A DNA stretch of 64,000 nucleotides, taken from assembly GCF_009914755.1 (NCBI RefSeq), contig NC_060928.1. One strand, written 5' to 3'. Below the pieces are notes generated by a model. That model did no database searches. It was given only the letters and a program-made list of their open reading frames with translations, and was not told where the DNA came from. How positions within the stretch are numbered: position 1 is the stretch's first letter; every line of letters begins with the position of its first letter. Below are positions 29,313-44,117 of the stretch, in pieces. The translations under genes and the position numbers were made by a program. The stretch comes from the human T2T-CHM13v2.0 reference genome, Homo sapiens.

Positions 29313-29517
29313 CTGTGCCACCTGATACAGTAGCTACTAACTACATAAGGCTCTACATGTTTAAATTTAAATTAATTCAGATAAATAATATGAAATTTGA
29401 TATTTTTACAAACACTGGTACTATTTAAATAGCTCAATAGGCACAAGTGATTATTGTATTGTAAAAAGCCTATGTAGAGGATTTCCATCATTGTAGATAG
29501 TTATTTTGGACATAGTA
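29313..29517 (-). mobile_element. MER3-like (hAT-Charlie) element
   Basis: gatacagtagctactaactacat...tttaaatttaaattaatt...gctcaataggcacaagtg...atttccatcattgtagatagttattttggaca follows the MER3 layout. Confidence 0.65.
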
Positions 29518-30284
29518 TATGGGCCAAGGGAACAGGGTATAATCTCATAGGTCTATAAAACATTTATCTTTTTTCTACTGTGAGTACAAATCAATGAATC
29601 CTTCCGTAGCCCTATAGAAAAGTTAAGGGAAACAAATTACTAAGAAATTTTATTTTATTGTTTCTTTTTACACTACTTAATTTACATTAATTGACACAAT
29701 TATCATACATATTTATGTTTTAGTTGTCATGCAAATAATCATTTTCTGTTGCAGTTGGATTTTTAAAAATGTATTTTTATTCTCCCTTAGGTGGTTCTCA
29801 AAGTAATTACCCACATGTTAGTGTCTAGGTTGGCATCTCTACATTGTCTGTTTTTTAATTAAAGTATATTGTGGATTAAAAGATATTTTGTATGCATAAT
29901 TTTTATTAATAAAAATTCAATATTACTAAAAGATAAAAGTGGAAATATTGCACTTGTTTTTGTTCCTGAATTAGATCATTTCATTTATGACTCTCTCTCT
30001 ACTTCTAGAAAACTAAATTGTGATATAAACAGATGGTTTGTATTTTGTCCTGTTCCCAACTGTTTTGTTCTCACATCCACAGGAAAGGAAAATGACAGCT
30101 TTTGTGATATTCTGGAAACAATTATTTGAGAAAATTTATTCCAGTCTTCATTTAAAAGTTTGAAATTTAGTATAAAACATCGCACTGCTATCCAATAAAA
30201 ATTTCTTAAACATAATATCATGACATAAAGTCAGCATTAATAAAAATAATTATAATTAACATGAAATTAGTAAGCTTATAGGTA

Positions 30285-30410
30285 TCAGTTACTAGGTACC
30301 GAGCACTATTGAGAGCTTTACACAGTTAGCACATGCAATTACCTAAACAGTTTTCTGAGGTAGATGTTTTTATTATTACTTTTATCTCTTGATGAAAACC
30401 TGAGGCAGGA
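30285..30410 (-). mobile_element. MIR fragment
   Basis: gcactattgagagctttacac...ctgaggtagatgtttttatt...gatgaaaacctgaggc (MIR core). Confidence 0.6.
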
Positions 30411-30905
30411 ATATAATAAGATGCTATGAACAACCCAAATATGGCTAGGAGCTCCATCATACAGGAAGCACAGAAAGTCAAATAACTGTGGTGTCTGAAA
30501 TTAATAGGAAAAGTTTAAACTTCAGTTCCTTTGCCTCAATGTAATCACCAGTTTGCTGGTTATATGACCTTGGCCACAATGATTACCTTTTATGTTTCAA
30601 TTATTTATCTTCATAATTATCAAAATATTATTATTCAACCTATTTAAAATAGTGAAGGAACCTGAAAAGGAATTATTCTTGCTTGATTATTTGGCCCCAT
30701 TCACCAATCTGTCTTCCGTATTAAACAGCAGTCTCAATGATTATTTTTCTACGTGTCTTACTTTTTCTTTAAGAATACGAATCTTAGCCTGCTCATTAGC
30801 CAAAATACATGGAAAATGGACAGACCAACTATATCATTTATTTTCAAAGTGTTCCTTTCTTTTTTTATTTTTAAGGTATTCTTTTTGAAGTATTTCTATA
30901 TATAC

Positions 30906-30970
30906 AGTGATTATAGGTATGACTGCACAGGTTGGGCACTGTACAGTTCCAGAGAATGTCATTCACAGAT
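30906..30970. mobile_element. MER91-like (hAT-Tip100) fragment
   Basis: ctgcacaggttgggcactgtacagttccagagaatgtcattcacag resembles the recalled MER91 consensus. Confidence 0.45.
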
Positions 30971-32624
30971 ATTACAACCACACGCTGTGGCTGGGATTCA
31001 TATAATTTTCTGGATATATTATTTAAATTATCTCCTATTTTAATAATTCCAAAGTCAAAATAGAAAACTGTACTTATGTATTTCTAAGAGATATTCTTGA
31101 ATATGAATACATGGAAAGCATGCCTATGTAAAATTTAGAACATATTATTTTTTATTCTAATCTGGATAATTATTGTCTTCATTCATTCATATCCCCAAGC
31201 ATTTGCAAAGAACTTCACAGTTTATCCAAGTGTTAACATTAAAATTAGATTGTGAATTAGAGCAAATATTTATACAACATGACAAGATAACAAACACTTT
31301 CACATAAACAATAGGTTTTAGATAAACCAATAAACCAATCAATTCCCATTTACATTTTGTAGTTAACTATCATTTCTATGTAATGCTAGAACATATTTTT
31401 AAGTACCACCCTTTTTTCCTAAAGATCTGCCATAAGAGACATAATGAAATGTATATAAATATGTGTGCATATATATATCCTTTATTATATTATCCTTTTG
31501 TTTCTTCATATATTTATATATGTAAATAAAATAAAATGAATAAAATGTAAATGTATAAAGAAACAAAAGGATAGCATAAATGAGAATAAGAGAAGATAAA
31601 TAATATGTTTTGGAATTTACTCAGCATCTGATTCATTACAGCAATTAAGTTTTGGAGTTATGTTTATGATAATCATTGGCTTAATTTTGTTTCTGTTGCA
31701 AAGTTCAGATTACTCAACAAAATAAGAACAAGTTTCTTCACATGTCATTAGGGTGATCAATAATTCTAAGTCTTCTTGTTTAGAGCTGTGAGAAACTAAG
31801 AAGAAAAAATGTCATCCACATATACCTATATATAACTCAGATTTTTTTATACTTTGAAAAGTATGCTCTTCTGTGTGTTCTCCATCATCTTAAATATTTA
31901 GTTGATTTTGGGATATTTAAATAGGAGTGGGACATAGAGGTGAAATGGTCATTGCTTTTGCTGTCCAGATGGAGAAACTCGACTATAAAAAACGTAGTGA
32001 AACTCTGCTGTCAGAAGCACAACAAACACACAAATCCATATTTTCAAGTTCTTGTTCTTGTGTATTTTCCACTAAAGTAAAATATACGATATCTCTTGTT
32101 TTTGGCCTTTTCCATAGTTCTGATTTCATTTAAATACAGGCAAAAGAAATTTTTTTAGTTGTATCAGAAAAACAGAGCAGGATAATTATTTAATGTAATT
32201 AATTCTATTTCTCTTCAGGGCATTGCATAAACTAGGAACTACTTTGGTTTACAAAGAAATATCTACTATAATATTTTCTTACAGATTTATTGAACCTAAG
32301 ATAGTTTTCTCCATAAACATAATTTTGAATGCAATCTGCTGTAAAAAGAACATATATTTTTAAGAATTACTTTCAATCCCTGTTTTTTCTGTTGTTTCTA
32401 CTTTCCATTTGTTCTTTAAAAAACAATAAAATTTCTTACAGATAAATATATCTATATTACAAATAAAGATAAATTTCTTGTCTTTGTATAAGGAAAACTT
32501 AGTTTTCTCAATTAGCTAATATAGAAATATATAAGTTGTTTTATATGGAAATGTTTAATGTTAATTTACAATTTTAAATTTATGGTAGTCAAATTTTGCT
32601 TTGTGGATTTTAACGTATTTTCAG

Positions 32625-32860
32625 AGAAGCTATACAGTATGGTGAGTAACAGCATCAACACTGAAGCCATTTAAAAAATCAAATTCTGACTTCATCCCTT
32701 CTAAATTGTTTGACATTGAATGAGAAATATAACCTCTATGATCCTCAGTTTCCTCACTGGTAATATGGGAGTAATGACTGTGTGTCTAACTCCTTGATTT
32801 TCTGAATGTTAAGTGAGCTTATCTATATAGTGTTCTCAGAACAGTACATCCTAGAATAAA
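32625..32860 (+). mobile_element. MIR SINE
   Basis: Core aacctctatgatcctcagtttcctcactggtaatatgggagtaatg. Confidence 0.75.
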
Positions 32861-34900
32861 AGATCCTGGAACTTTCATTGTAATTATTATTACTGGTATG
32901 ATTGTCACATAAACCAAAAGCACAATGCATGTGGGGCAGCCCTATTTATGTATATATGAAGAGCTTTGTGTTTTGTCAATAGCATTTGATATATACTCAC
33001 ATCAAAGAATCTGGTCAAACCCCCATAGAATCCTGATATCATACTTTATTATTTAAAAAGTCTAAATTTTGATAGATTTATCAAACATAAAAGATATTTT
33101 ACTTGGCAGTTTAGTTTGCATTGCCTCTCTATATACCATGCTAGATTTAGAATAGAGCCTCTCTCCATTTATTCATTTCTCATTAGCTAAGAGCTTTGAC
33201 TAATCTAATAGGTCTCTGATTCCATTAGAATCCCAAAAGACTTCTAATTCTTTCAAGAGAATAAGAAATTCACTCTCTCTACTTTCTTGACACTGGGTTA
33301 TCAATTACTGCTTGTCTTCTGTGTTCCAGGCAGTGGGTGAGACACCAGGGATGCAAGATATTTTCTACATTAATGCACGCATAATCAATAGTACGGCCCA
33401 AGGTCATATATAATTTGATTTTATAAATATTTGAAGAGGACAATAAAATGCTACACAGTTAATAATCTCACAAAGTTTACAAAACATTTTAAACTAGGAT
33501 AGTACCAAAAGTAAGTAGTAATCTACTTTAATCATCTAAAGAGAACAAAACACCCTCATCTACACATATGACTGCCCATCTCACAGAGGTGAAGATGACA
33601 GAGTAAAGCCTATATATTTTTAAAATAGGTTTTGTTAAATTATGCTATATGTGCATAGAAATCTGTAGTTTTTATGAGTTATTCAAACTAAAAAAATATT
33701 TTCTTTTCTTGTTGAGAGTGAGAGAAGGAAGGGACAAGGAAAACAATATTCTAGACTTCTTATATACCAAGATATTTAGTATAATATTTTCATGTTATCT
33801 CAGAGTTTCAGCAGAGGCCTTGGGTACCAACTACCCCAGATCTAAGGTGTGACATTGACTACATACACATGACATGTTAAGGAAATGTAGCACTGATTCT
33901 CTCAGCATTAGTAATCACTCACCTATAATAATTTAGAAAGGTCAAGGAGAGACTCTATTTATGGAGGAACTTGTCAGTGTTTTGTGTCGATTTATTTTAA
34001 GCCAAAGTACAAGACAGGGATTTTGAGGTAATGACTCAAATATGTTAACATATACACTATTGAGTTTGGGAAGCATGAGGACTCTATGAGGGGCAGTGGC
34101 TAGATGGTCATTAGATATGGATAACAGTGTATCAGGGAATCACAAGAGTCACTATCTGTGATCCATGTTTTTATCTATAGTGAAAGTTTCAAAAATCTTG
34201 TATTCTATTTGTCAAAATTGAGCCATGCAGAAGGAAGGTGGCTGTAGCTTTCTTAAGAGAATCTACCCAATTGTCCTGACATGAGTTGAAAATTGACCCA
34301 GCAAAGTAGAAAGCATGGAAACCAAGGCTCATGTGGCTAAGTTGTAAAACGCCAGGTGGAGATTATCTCTCCCATTATGAATTGCATTTGAATTTTTCCA
34401 CCAAGGGGTGAAGGTAGAGGAGGTAAATATCTCTAATTAACATATAAAACACAACATTATAGAAAGAGCCAATAATCGTACATTTAATGTGCAGATTTCC
34501 CTAATAATAAAGCACAATGCATTCAGTTTTCTATTTTTTCTGTGTTTTCTTTCTACGTCAATGCTTGAAGTGTCTGTAAACTGGATAGTGCATAGGCATG
34601 AAGCATGACAAGAGCAGAGTTGAAGAAAAGGAGTAAACTTCTCCAACGCCCTAGAGCAAGATTCCAAGCCTACAATAGATTCAAAATGGTGGAGAGGAGA
34701 CAAGTTACCTTTGCATTAAATTTTAAAGACTTTATCATTACGATAGCCTGGGTAGAGCTTTAATTGATAAAAATAAAATCATTTGCATGTTTAAATAAAC
34801 TTGGCTACAACCATCTATGTACAAGGAAAGAACTGGATCTAGATCAGATGAAACGGCCAGATGGAGAAAACGCCAACTTTTCAACTTAACAGTAACATAT

Positions 34901-35358
34901 TGTGTTAGTTTTATATGGCTGCCATAACAAATTACCACAACACACAGTGGTTTAAAACAACAGACCTTTATTCTCTAACACTTTAGAGGCCAGAAGTCCA
35001 AGATGGAAATAATGGCAAAATTGCTTCTTTCTTGAGGGCTCAGTAAGATAACTTATCTCATGCCTCTCTCCCCATTTCCCATCATTTCTAATCATCCTTG
35101 GCATTTCATGGTGTGTGACAGCATGACTCCGATCTCTGCCTCCGTCATCAAGTCATGTTCTCCATGTGTATCTCTGTGTTCAAATTATCCGTCTTTTTAT
35201 AAGGACACTATTCACCAGATTAGGAACCACAATAATTCCATACAATCTCATTTTAGTTCAATTACAGCTTCAGAGACCCTATTTCCAAATAAAATTACAT
35301 TCACAGGTTCCAGATGGACATGAATTGGGGGGCAGGGGAGACTATTCTGCCCAGTACT
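34901..35358 (-). mobile_element. MLT1 (MLT1C-like) MaLR solo LTR
   Basis: tgtgttagttttatatggctgccataacaaattaccacaa...gaggccagaagtccaagat...accctatttccaaataaa. Confidence 0.85.
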
Positions 35359-35484
35359 CCTGTCACATATTTAGATACAAATGTTAGTAAGAGTTTTGAA
35401 GTGGATCTATTCCAATTTCATGATCTGAACATTATCTTCATTCTCAAATACACAGTTAGTTACATTTTCTGCCTGTGGATTTAG

Positions 35485-36134
<650 letters not shown>

Positions 36135-36783
36135 TGTTAATTATCTTAATAAAGAGAGAATGAACTCAATTGGATATCTGAAATTGGAAGAGAGGAAAAA
36201 AAGGACTTAAATTTCATGCATTCAAAATGGAGCTACTAATAGTATCTATCACATAACATATAAAAGTGATGAGAAAATGAAATAATACATGTTTAGAAAC
36301 AGGAAGATGTTTGAAACATAATAGGCATTTATGATTTTTGCGGGCTTTTTTTATTAAGCATGCAAAGCAGGAGAATATTTTTACTGATAACAAAGTATCT
36401 CAAAGGCTAAGTATTTTTAGAAAAAGGTAAAGAATTGTTAATGACATATCCTTTTCTTCCATTTATGTTGAACATTATAATGTTATTCTACTCAGTAAAA
36501 TACTACCATTTTAATTGATATCATTTTAATAGAATTTCATTTTTAACACATGGAAAAAACAGATAAATGGAAGATAGTTTTGATTATTTATTTTACTTTA
36601 ATGTTTGCTTTTTATAATTCATTGGAAAAGAAGCAAAGCTATAATATTTCTCTGTTCAATTATTTTCCAAAAATGGTACAATCTTTTCACCTCTAAGTGT
36701 TACTATTGCATATTAACAAGTAAAATAAGAACAATATTTTATTTCAAAATAAGTAAGATATATTGCCTGTACTTTCACATTAA

Positions 36784-37135
<352 letters not shown>

Positions 37136-40099
37136 CAACATTTTTATATGAATAAAGGCAGACATATTTCCAAAATGAAGAGTTTTATTTTTTTCTATTC
37201 ACACTCAAGAGAGTACACAGAATTATCAAATAGATCCATTACATCAGCTAAGTTCTTAAAAGCCTTATATTTATTCAAGGTAGCTCTGTGAGGGTATAGA
37301 CAGAATTTAAAAACATATGCACACATACTAGAAGCCCTTGACTTATTACTTCTCTGCTTTGCCACATGTAGTTAGAAAAAACAGTAAAAAGGGTAAGGAA
37401 TCTTTGTCTATGGATTTTTTTCCCCTTTTCTATATTGTTAGCTCTCAATAATGGTTACAATAAAACTTTCCAGAGTGGAACTCATTGACCAAAACATAGT
37501 GATCTAGCCAAGCTTAGTATGATATTCCGAAGTAAAGGAAAAACAAATCAAAACATAACCGGGCCATTTGAAAATAAACAAGAAAAGTTTATTTTAAGGA
37601 ATCTAAACTAAAAGCTAATCTAGGAAAATAAATCTTTAATTTTTGTATTTTTTGTGGTGATGGTGATGTATTGTTATGTTTAATTTTATTTAATTTTTAT
37701 CAATGTGAATTGGCATTACCTCCAGTGTATACCGAAAGCAATATGCTCTTTTGTTTGTTTCTGCCTCAGCGATATATATTTTTCCACACTGGTTTGTGGC
37801 TGCATGTCAGAGCCACTATGAAATTCAGTTAAGCATTCACATATCACTCTTGGTAAATGCATGGAGATGTGGCACACTAGGATGTCTGTGTTTCCATTCA
37901 ATATACACCCCTGAGGGCATGAATTATGAATCATTTATCCTAGTATTTCCAGAGTATATCACTATACATGGACCACAGTACACATTCACTAAATGTTTAT
38001 TAATAAAAGAAGGAATTACTAATTTGAATAACTAAAATTAACCCCGCCATGAAGAAAGCATCATCTTTCTTTAAGAGTGGCTTTGTAATAGAAATAAGAA
38101 TCTGTTAAATTATAGTTATTTTATATTCAGTTATGTTAAGGACCTAGGTTTTTTGACACATATTTAATTGTATAAGAAATAAAATTTTAAATGAAACATT
38201 GACTAGAAACTTATTTAGGCATGGTTATTAAAGAATGGAAACATTTCTGGATGATGGAAAATTCTATTTCAGTATGATATTTTTTTCACAAATTATTAAA
38301 TATAGTGATAACAGCATTCTCTCAATTCTTCCCATGGTTCATTCAAATACCCCTTGTATATTATTTTGTGTTCTTTAACCGCAAAGTGAGCATAACCTGT
38401 ATATCTCAATGACATTTCTTTCTAAATAATAGTTTAAGTAAGATAGAACAAAAATGCTATGCTATTATGATTATACATTTTTGAGTCTATCTAGCAATAT
38501 CATTACAGATCAAAAGCTCAGAGAGAGCTTGACAATTCTCAGAAATGGAGTTACAATTTTAAAGAACAAAATGTCATTTCTTAAACAATGAATCATCACT
38601 GATATACAATTCTCCATCAAGTAATTAGTAATTCCTTTATATAGTAGGTCTTATCAACATTTTTGTAAGAAAGAAATAGAGCTCACAATTGGATTTTAGA
38701 AATATCTGTCTTTAGTTCAATAGATTTCAACATCACCAGCCTGGTCTCAGCACATATCATTAGCAGCTATCTCAGTGGATACAGTTAATTATCACTATTT
38801 CTTTCAGATAATGAATACTAAATAGAATACTTGCTCTGTTACAAAGTTTGAAACTGTGCTTTTGATATGAAAAAGATATCACTAAGAGTACAATGAAGTG
38901 GCATCTTTATTTTTTGCTAATGCCAGCCTGAAACTTTGCTCAATGTTTTTAACTGCCTAGGGACATTTTTCCCCCACTAATTGTAGCCCTACTGCTAGTG
39001 ATTTGAGAAATCATTAGTGGAATTTTAAAATCACTGTTCTTACATAAACAAGCCTTAATTTTCAAATTCAGCTTTTTGCAACGCACTGAGATATAACATT
39101 TTAATGCATACTCACTGAAGGTTACCATTCTTCTTTATTAAATATATTGTAGTAAACATGTTTTCAACTTGATTATGTATACTGCATTTTGAAACAAGGA
39201 GATTGAGTGACTGGGCGTGTTGAGGGAAATTCTATTTAATACTACCTCAGATAAGAAAGAGGGCAAAATCATTTCTTGTTTCAAATAGAAATGGCTTAGT
39301 AAATGGGAATTACAAGGTCATGTCAATGTGCAATCTGATTATCAGTAGAAGTATACTGAGTTGAAGTTCAGAAGACATTGTTTTTCTACCAGAGGGTTCT
39401 GTGGAATTATATTATAAATAAAGTTATATATATAAAACAAAATAGAGTCCTTGTCATATTTCCTTGAAGGATATTTCCACATGGCAGACTTGTACATTCA
39501 GGAAAAAGCAAGATGTCTTCTTTTCTTATTGTCTCATAATCCACATACTGAAGTAGAAGTTAAAAAATGTAAACTAACGTGACTTATTCCAAAGAAATGA
39601 GGGGAAGATACATATATTATTACAAATAAATCTAGACCATTTTGGCAAACAGCGTTAGCATTTTTCTTGACAAAAGTTGCTAAAAGTTGGTCTGCTTCAT
39701 CACTGACAACTGGTTAAAATATTGAAGAAAGAAAAGTATAAAAATATACACAGTTCAGTCAGAAGCGGACCAGACATGAAATGCAATGTGATAAAATTTA
39801 GGTAGAGATGAGTGTAGGGGTTAATATACACATCAGATTTTATTTCATTCTTTTAAAATTATTTTCTATTTATTATATCCCAATGGAATCAGAGTATTTA
39901 AGAAACTTCATAATTTCAGCAACCTGTCTGTGTTCCTTCTTTGTAAAAGAAAATGTTCCTCTATTTATATTTCAAATAATTATGTATAAAATGTTATTAT
40001 AACTTTCCAGCCACCATTTTCCAACATTTATAGTTATAATATATTACAAATGATGCTAAAGTGGTTTATTTTAGAATCCTAAATGATCAAATAAAATAA

Positions 40100-40328
40100 T
40101 AATACATATGCTCAGATATCACCTTGAAGTTTTCAAGGCATTTTTATTTACATTACATTAGTTGGTCTTCAAAGCAAGCCTGTGAGGCAAGCAGCACTGT
40201 TTTTAGTACAGCCTTGATACAGAAAACAGAACAGTTTCATGAGGTTAATCAATTTATTGAAGTAATGGAGTCAGAAAAAGGCCAAGTCAGCTTTTGAGAG
40301 TGTGTCTTCTGAATGCTGCTTCCACAAC
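40100..40328 (-). mobile_element. MIR fragment
   Basis: gtcttcaaagcaagcctgtgaggcaagc...cagaaaacagaacag...gaggttaatcaattt. Confidence 0.55.
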
Positions 40329-40340
40329 AGTTTGTCCGTA

Positions 40341-41047
40341 TGTTAGTAGCAGCAAATCCATACAGGTATGCAGCAACTTCAGTTCTTGCCTACTCAGATG
40401 AAAGAATTTGACTGAGGGGCACAAAACAGAGTAAGAGACTGAGGCAAGTTTTAAAGCAGGAGTGAACGTTTATTAAAAAGCTTTAGAGCAGGAACAATAG
40501 GAAGTGATGTACATTTGGAAGAGGGCCAAGTGGACAACTTGAGAGATCAAGTGCATGGTTTGATGTTTGACTTGGAGTTTTTTATGTTGGCATGCTTCCA
40601 GGGTCTTGAATCACTTCTCCCCTGATTCTTTCCTTGGGGTGGACTGTCCATATGAGCAGTGGTCTGCCAGCACTTGGGAGGGGCCGTGTGCACAGTGCAT
40701 TTACTGGAGTTATATGCATGCTCACTTGACGTGTTCTTACCTTACCAGTTGAATCTCCCTAGAAAGTAGTTTACCAGTCAAACTCTGGCATTTTGCCTCT
40801 TAGTGCATATGCTCTAGCCCACTGGCCAACTCCTGAGATCTTATCCGGAAGCTGCTGATCACCAGTTTCAGGTATTTCTATCTATTGGGAAACTGCCTTT
40901 CTGTGGCACCAACTGCAACCAATTATTATTTTAGAAAGAGAGTGTAATAATTGCCTGACCATCCCCTTATGGTCACCTGACATTCTTGGTGGCAGTTTGG
41001 AGGGGTCTCCTGCCCTGTTCATGTCTGACTAACTACCTACTCTAACA
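40341..41047 (-). mobile_element. 3' LTR (MER50-like)
   Basis: tgttagtagcagcaaatcc...catgtctgactaactacctactctaaca; TG..CA ends; minus-strand AATAAA seen as gtttatt near 40468. Confidence 0.88.
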
Positions 41048-41282
41048 TTTTTCACGCTCAAGAATCCAAGACCCCAATTCTTTGGGGAAAATGGTCAAAG
41101 GTCAGTCTTCTGTAACTGCTTCCTGCTGACAGAGGGGATGTGATGGTTGTTCTATGGGTCTTGGCCTCTTGCTAACTGTGAGAGTAGGGTGGCTCCATGC
41201 ATTGGAGAAAGTGGTATTTAGACAGCTCTAAAGGAGAAAAGGGAAGGATTTGCCTCTGTTGTGTCTGACTAATGGGCAGCAT

Positions 41283-41400
41283 AGGGGTCCCCTGTAGAAA
41301 AGTGAATATTGAGAGGATAGTATCTCTCACTGAGGATCATCTGGAGATTGATGGCCTGAAGGCAAGAGGAGATAAATTGTGTTATTAGATTTAGAAGACA
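41283..41400 (-). pseudogene. env TM C-terminal/cytoplasmic tail remnant
   Basis: Minus-strand translation CLLNLITQFISSCLQAINLQMILSE...FYRGPL resembles class I ERV TM tails. Confidence 0.75.
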
Positions 41401-43899
41401 TCAACCAAAAAGGAAAAGTAGAGATGCCAAAACAAAATAGCAGGGTGAAGACAGTTTCAAAAATTTCTAAGACTGCTGACATACCCAGGTAGCTGGTGGC
41501 TATAGTTATGCCTGCTAAAACTTGAGTTCATGGGGTTGCCAGCCAATTTCAATATGTGCCCAGAATTAAAATATTGATTCAAATTTTCTACATTACACTG
41601 CATTACTCTCTTGTTTCTTTTGAGGTGCAGTCAAAGATCACTGCTTGGTTCAAAGAAATAATCAAGATTAGTCTAAATTGCAGACAAAAACTAAAAAATA
41701 ATTAATGAGTCTAGCACCTAATAACAGGTGTACCACAGTTCTTAAAATAATTTCTCTCTCTCCAGTCCTCATTTTTATTAACAACAAATCATGATAAGAC
41801 TGATTTGCTTGCAAAATAAGCTGTAGCCTTATTACACTTGGCCTGATTATTTGTACGAAGCGTAGCAACAATAATTATTTGCCTTTTGTAAATTGGCTTT
41901 TATGGAACTTTGCTTCACAAGGAATCCCAAATAAGACCTTTTAAAGCCTTAAGCCCAGCCATGGGTTTGTGCCATCAAATAGCTGTACAAGTTAGAAAAA
42001 TTCCTCTTCATTGAGGTCCCAAGATAACTTGGGACTCAGGAACCTGTTCTGAAAGTGTCATTATTTATTTACCACAAGTCAGAAACCCTGTATAGGAACT
42101 GTGTAGACAAAGTATAAGGCTAGTTTTCCTAAGGGTCTTTTATTGACTCTATAAGTCAACTTTGATTCCTTAAAGGAATCTGTTTGTAGCTGAAAACATG
42201 CCATTCCAGTCAAAGCTCCAGTTTCTCCAACTTTGTCCTGTTAACCAAAAAAAAAAAGATTAATATGGTATTTATATAAATAACTACATTGCCATAAGTT
42301 AAGAATACTCCTGAATCGCTCCAAATTCTGAAGAAATCTACTAGAGAGAAATATACTCCAAATTTTGTTTATAGGAGTATGCTTTACTCAATTGTTAAAA
42401 ACTGTATATAGCTTAGAAAATGTTTTCTTGGCTTTGAGAAACAAAGAATTAGCAACATTTTAAGCAAAAAGACATACAAGAAATATTTTAAGTCTTCTGT
42501 GAGTTCAGTCCACGTAGTTAACTTCTGTTGTGCTTGATATTTATAAACATTTCCAGATCTACATGAGAGCCCTGAAAGTTTTTTTCTTTTGTTCTAATGT
42601 CACAATCATCAAAGTTATCAGAAACTGCATTTAACCCTATGACTGATTACAAAACTACCTTTTAAAGAGGATTAAAACAAAACAACAATTATCTGTGGAT
42701 GACCGAAAGCCTTAGGGCAGCCAAAGACACAATAGGTAGGAAAATGTGTTAGCTCTGTGGCACACAATAATTTAACATAAAAATTATAATTATTATCGGT
42801 GACATATACTAAGTCATGTAAGAATTATAGGACTTTTGCATAATTTTGGAACACAAACCAATAACACATTTATACAAATAAAACTCAAAGAAAGCCAGAT
42901 TATACCTTTGCATTAGTGTACTATTGATGTCAAACACAGTTAGTAATAAAACCTTGTAGATAAATCTAGCCAGCCTTAATCAGTTTGACCATAAGGTAAG
43001 ATTTTTATAAACCTTTCATAGTCCTTTACAATTTTCTGTTATAGAGTAGAACAATGCTCTAAGAAAACTGTGTTGTGCATTTATCCCAATGTTCAATTTA
43101 TGGATAAACTGAATGTCACCCCTTTAATTTTAGCCAATGTATTCATATACAGAATCTTTAACAACATTAATATTTCACAAACTTTCCATAACTTGCTTAA
43201 ACTTTCAGCTTTATCCTATGCAACCTAAAATAATCCTGTATCCTCTTAAAGTAGGCAAAATTCCACATTCCCAAGCCTTCTTGTGCTTTTTTAACAAAAG
43301 TACATTCTACTTTCCTTATATGCCTTGGATGTAAAACCGTTTTTGCAGTAGTCTCAAGTACATGTTACACTGTTAACTCAGCAACTTATATTTTGGTGAA
43401 AAACCTGGTAAGTAAGCAATTATCTTTATGTACTAGGTTTGAAGCCTAGGATACTAGACAGAAGTGCAGTTAAGGTTTGACTCTTACCAGCATAGCTAGG
43501 AGGCATGGATAACTCTGTATGTCCCCAGGCCTAACCTAGATTTTAATGGCTTTAAAGCTGGCAAGTTGTACAGTTAAGAGTCATAGTAGTTGTGTATGAC
43601 CTTAAGACATTTAGTAGACCCAATAATGTTTAACATTGTATAACACTTCTTTTATTAATTCCCCTACAAATAAATAAATAATTTATTAGATTTTTGCTAG
43701 GGCATGTCAAGTAAGTGTGGGATATTTCTAAAATCATGAGGTAGGACTGTCTGGGTTTAAGTTTTTGGTTAAGGATTCACATAGCTGTTTGGGAGAAATA
43801 GGGCTGTTAGAGAAAAGGATGAATTCAGAGATTGGGCAAATATTAAGCAGGGACCTATTTTGAAAGTATGGTTTTCTCCAAAGGAGTATGAATCTTTTA

Positions 43900-44075
43900 T
43901 TTTGGAGAGAGGGCGGATGCCATTTTCTCCTATGACCCAACAGGATTTGGAGGAGAGTTGCTTAGAGAAGGTTAGCACAGAGTAGATAGCTCTTGAACCC
44001 ACAAGGCAGATTTATAATTTTACTTGCCACCTACAGAGTTGCCCTTGTCTTTCTCTTGTTGATGATGATGTCTGA
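43900..44075 (-). pseudogene. Retroviral protease remnant (DTG catalytic motif degraded)
   Basis: ORF 43769-44002 GSRAIYSVLTFSKQLSSKSCWVIGENG resembles DTGAxYSVL...LSSKS..V.G of gamma-type proteases; lies directly after gag. Confidence 0.65.
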
Positions 44076-44117
44076 TTTGGGAGCTAATCGAGCAGAGAGC
44101 CCCGTAGCTCAAGGCCA

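Noticed and set aside
29740-30130. Several plus-strand pyrimidine-tract-AG acceptor-like sites
   Set aside because: No matching strong donors or coding frame; such motifs are common in T-rich DNA
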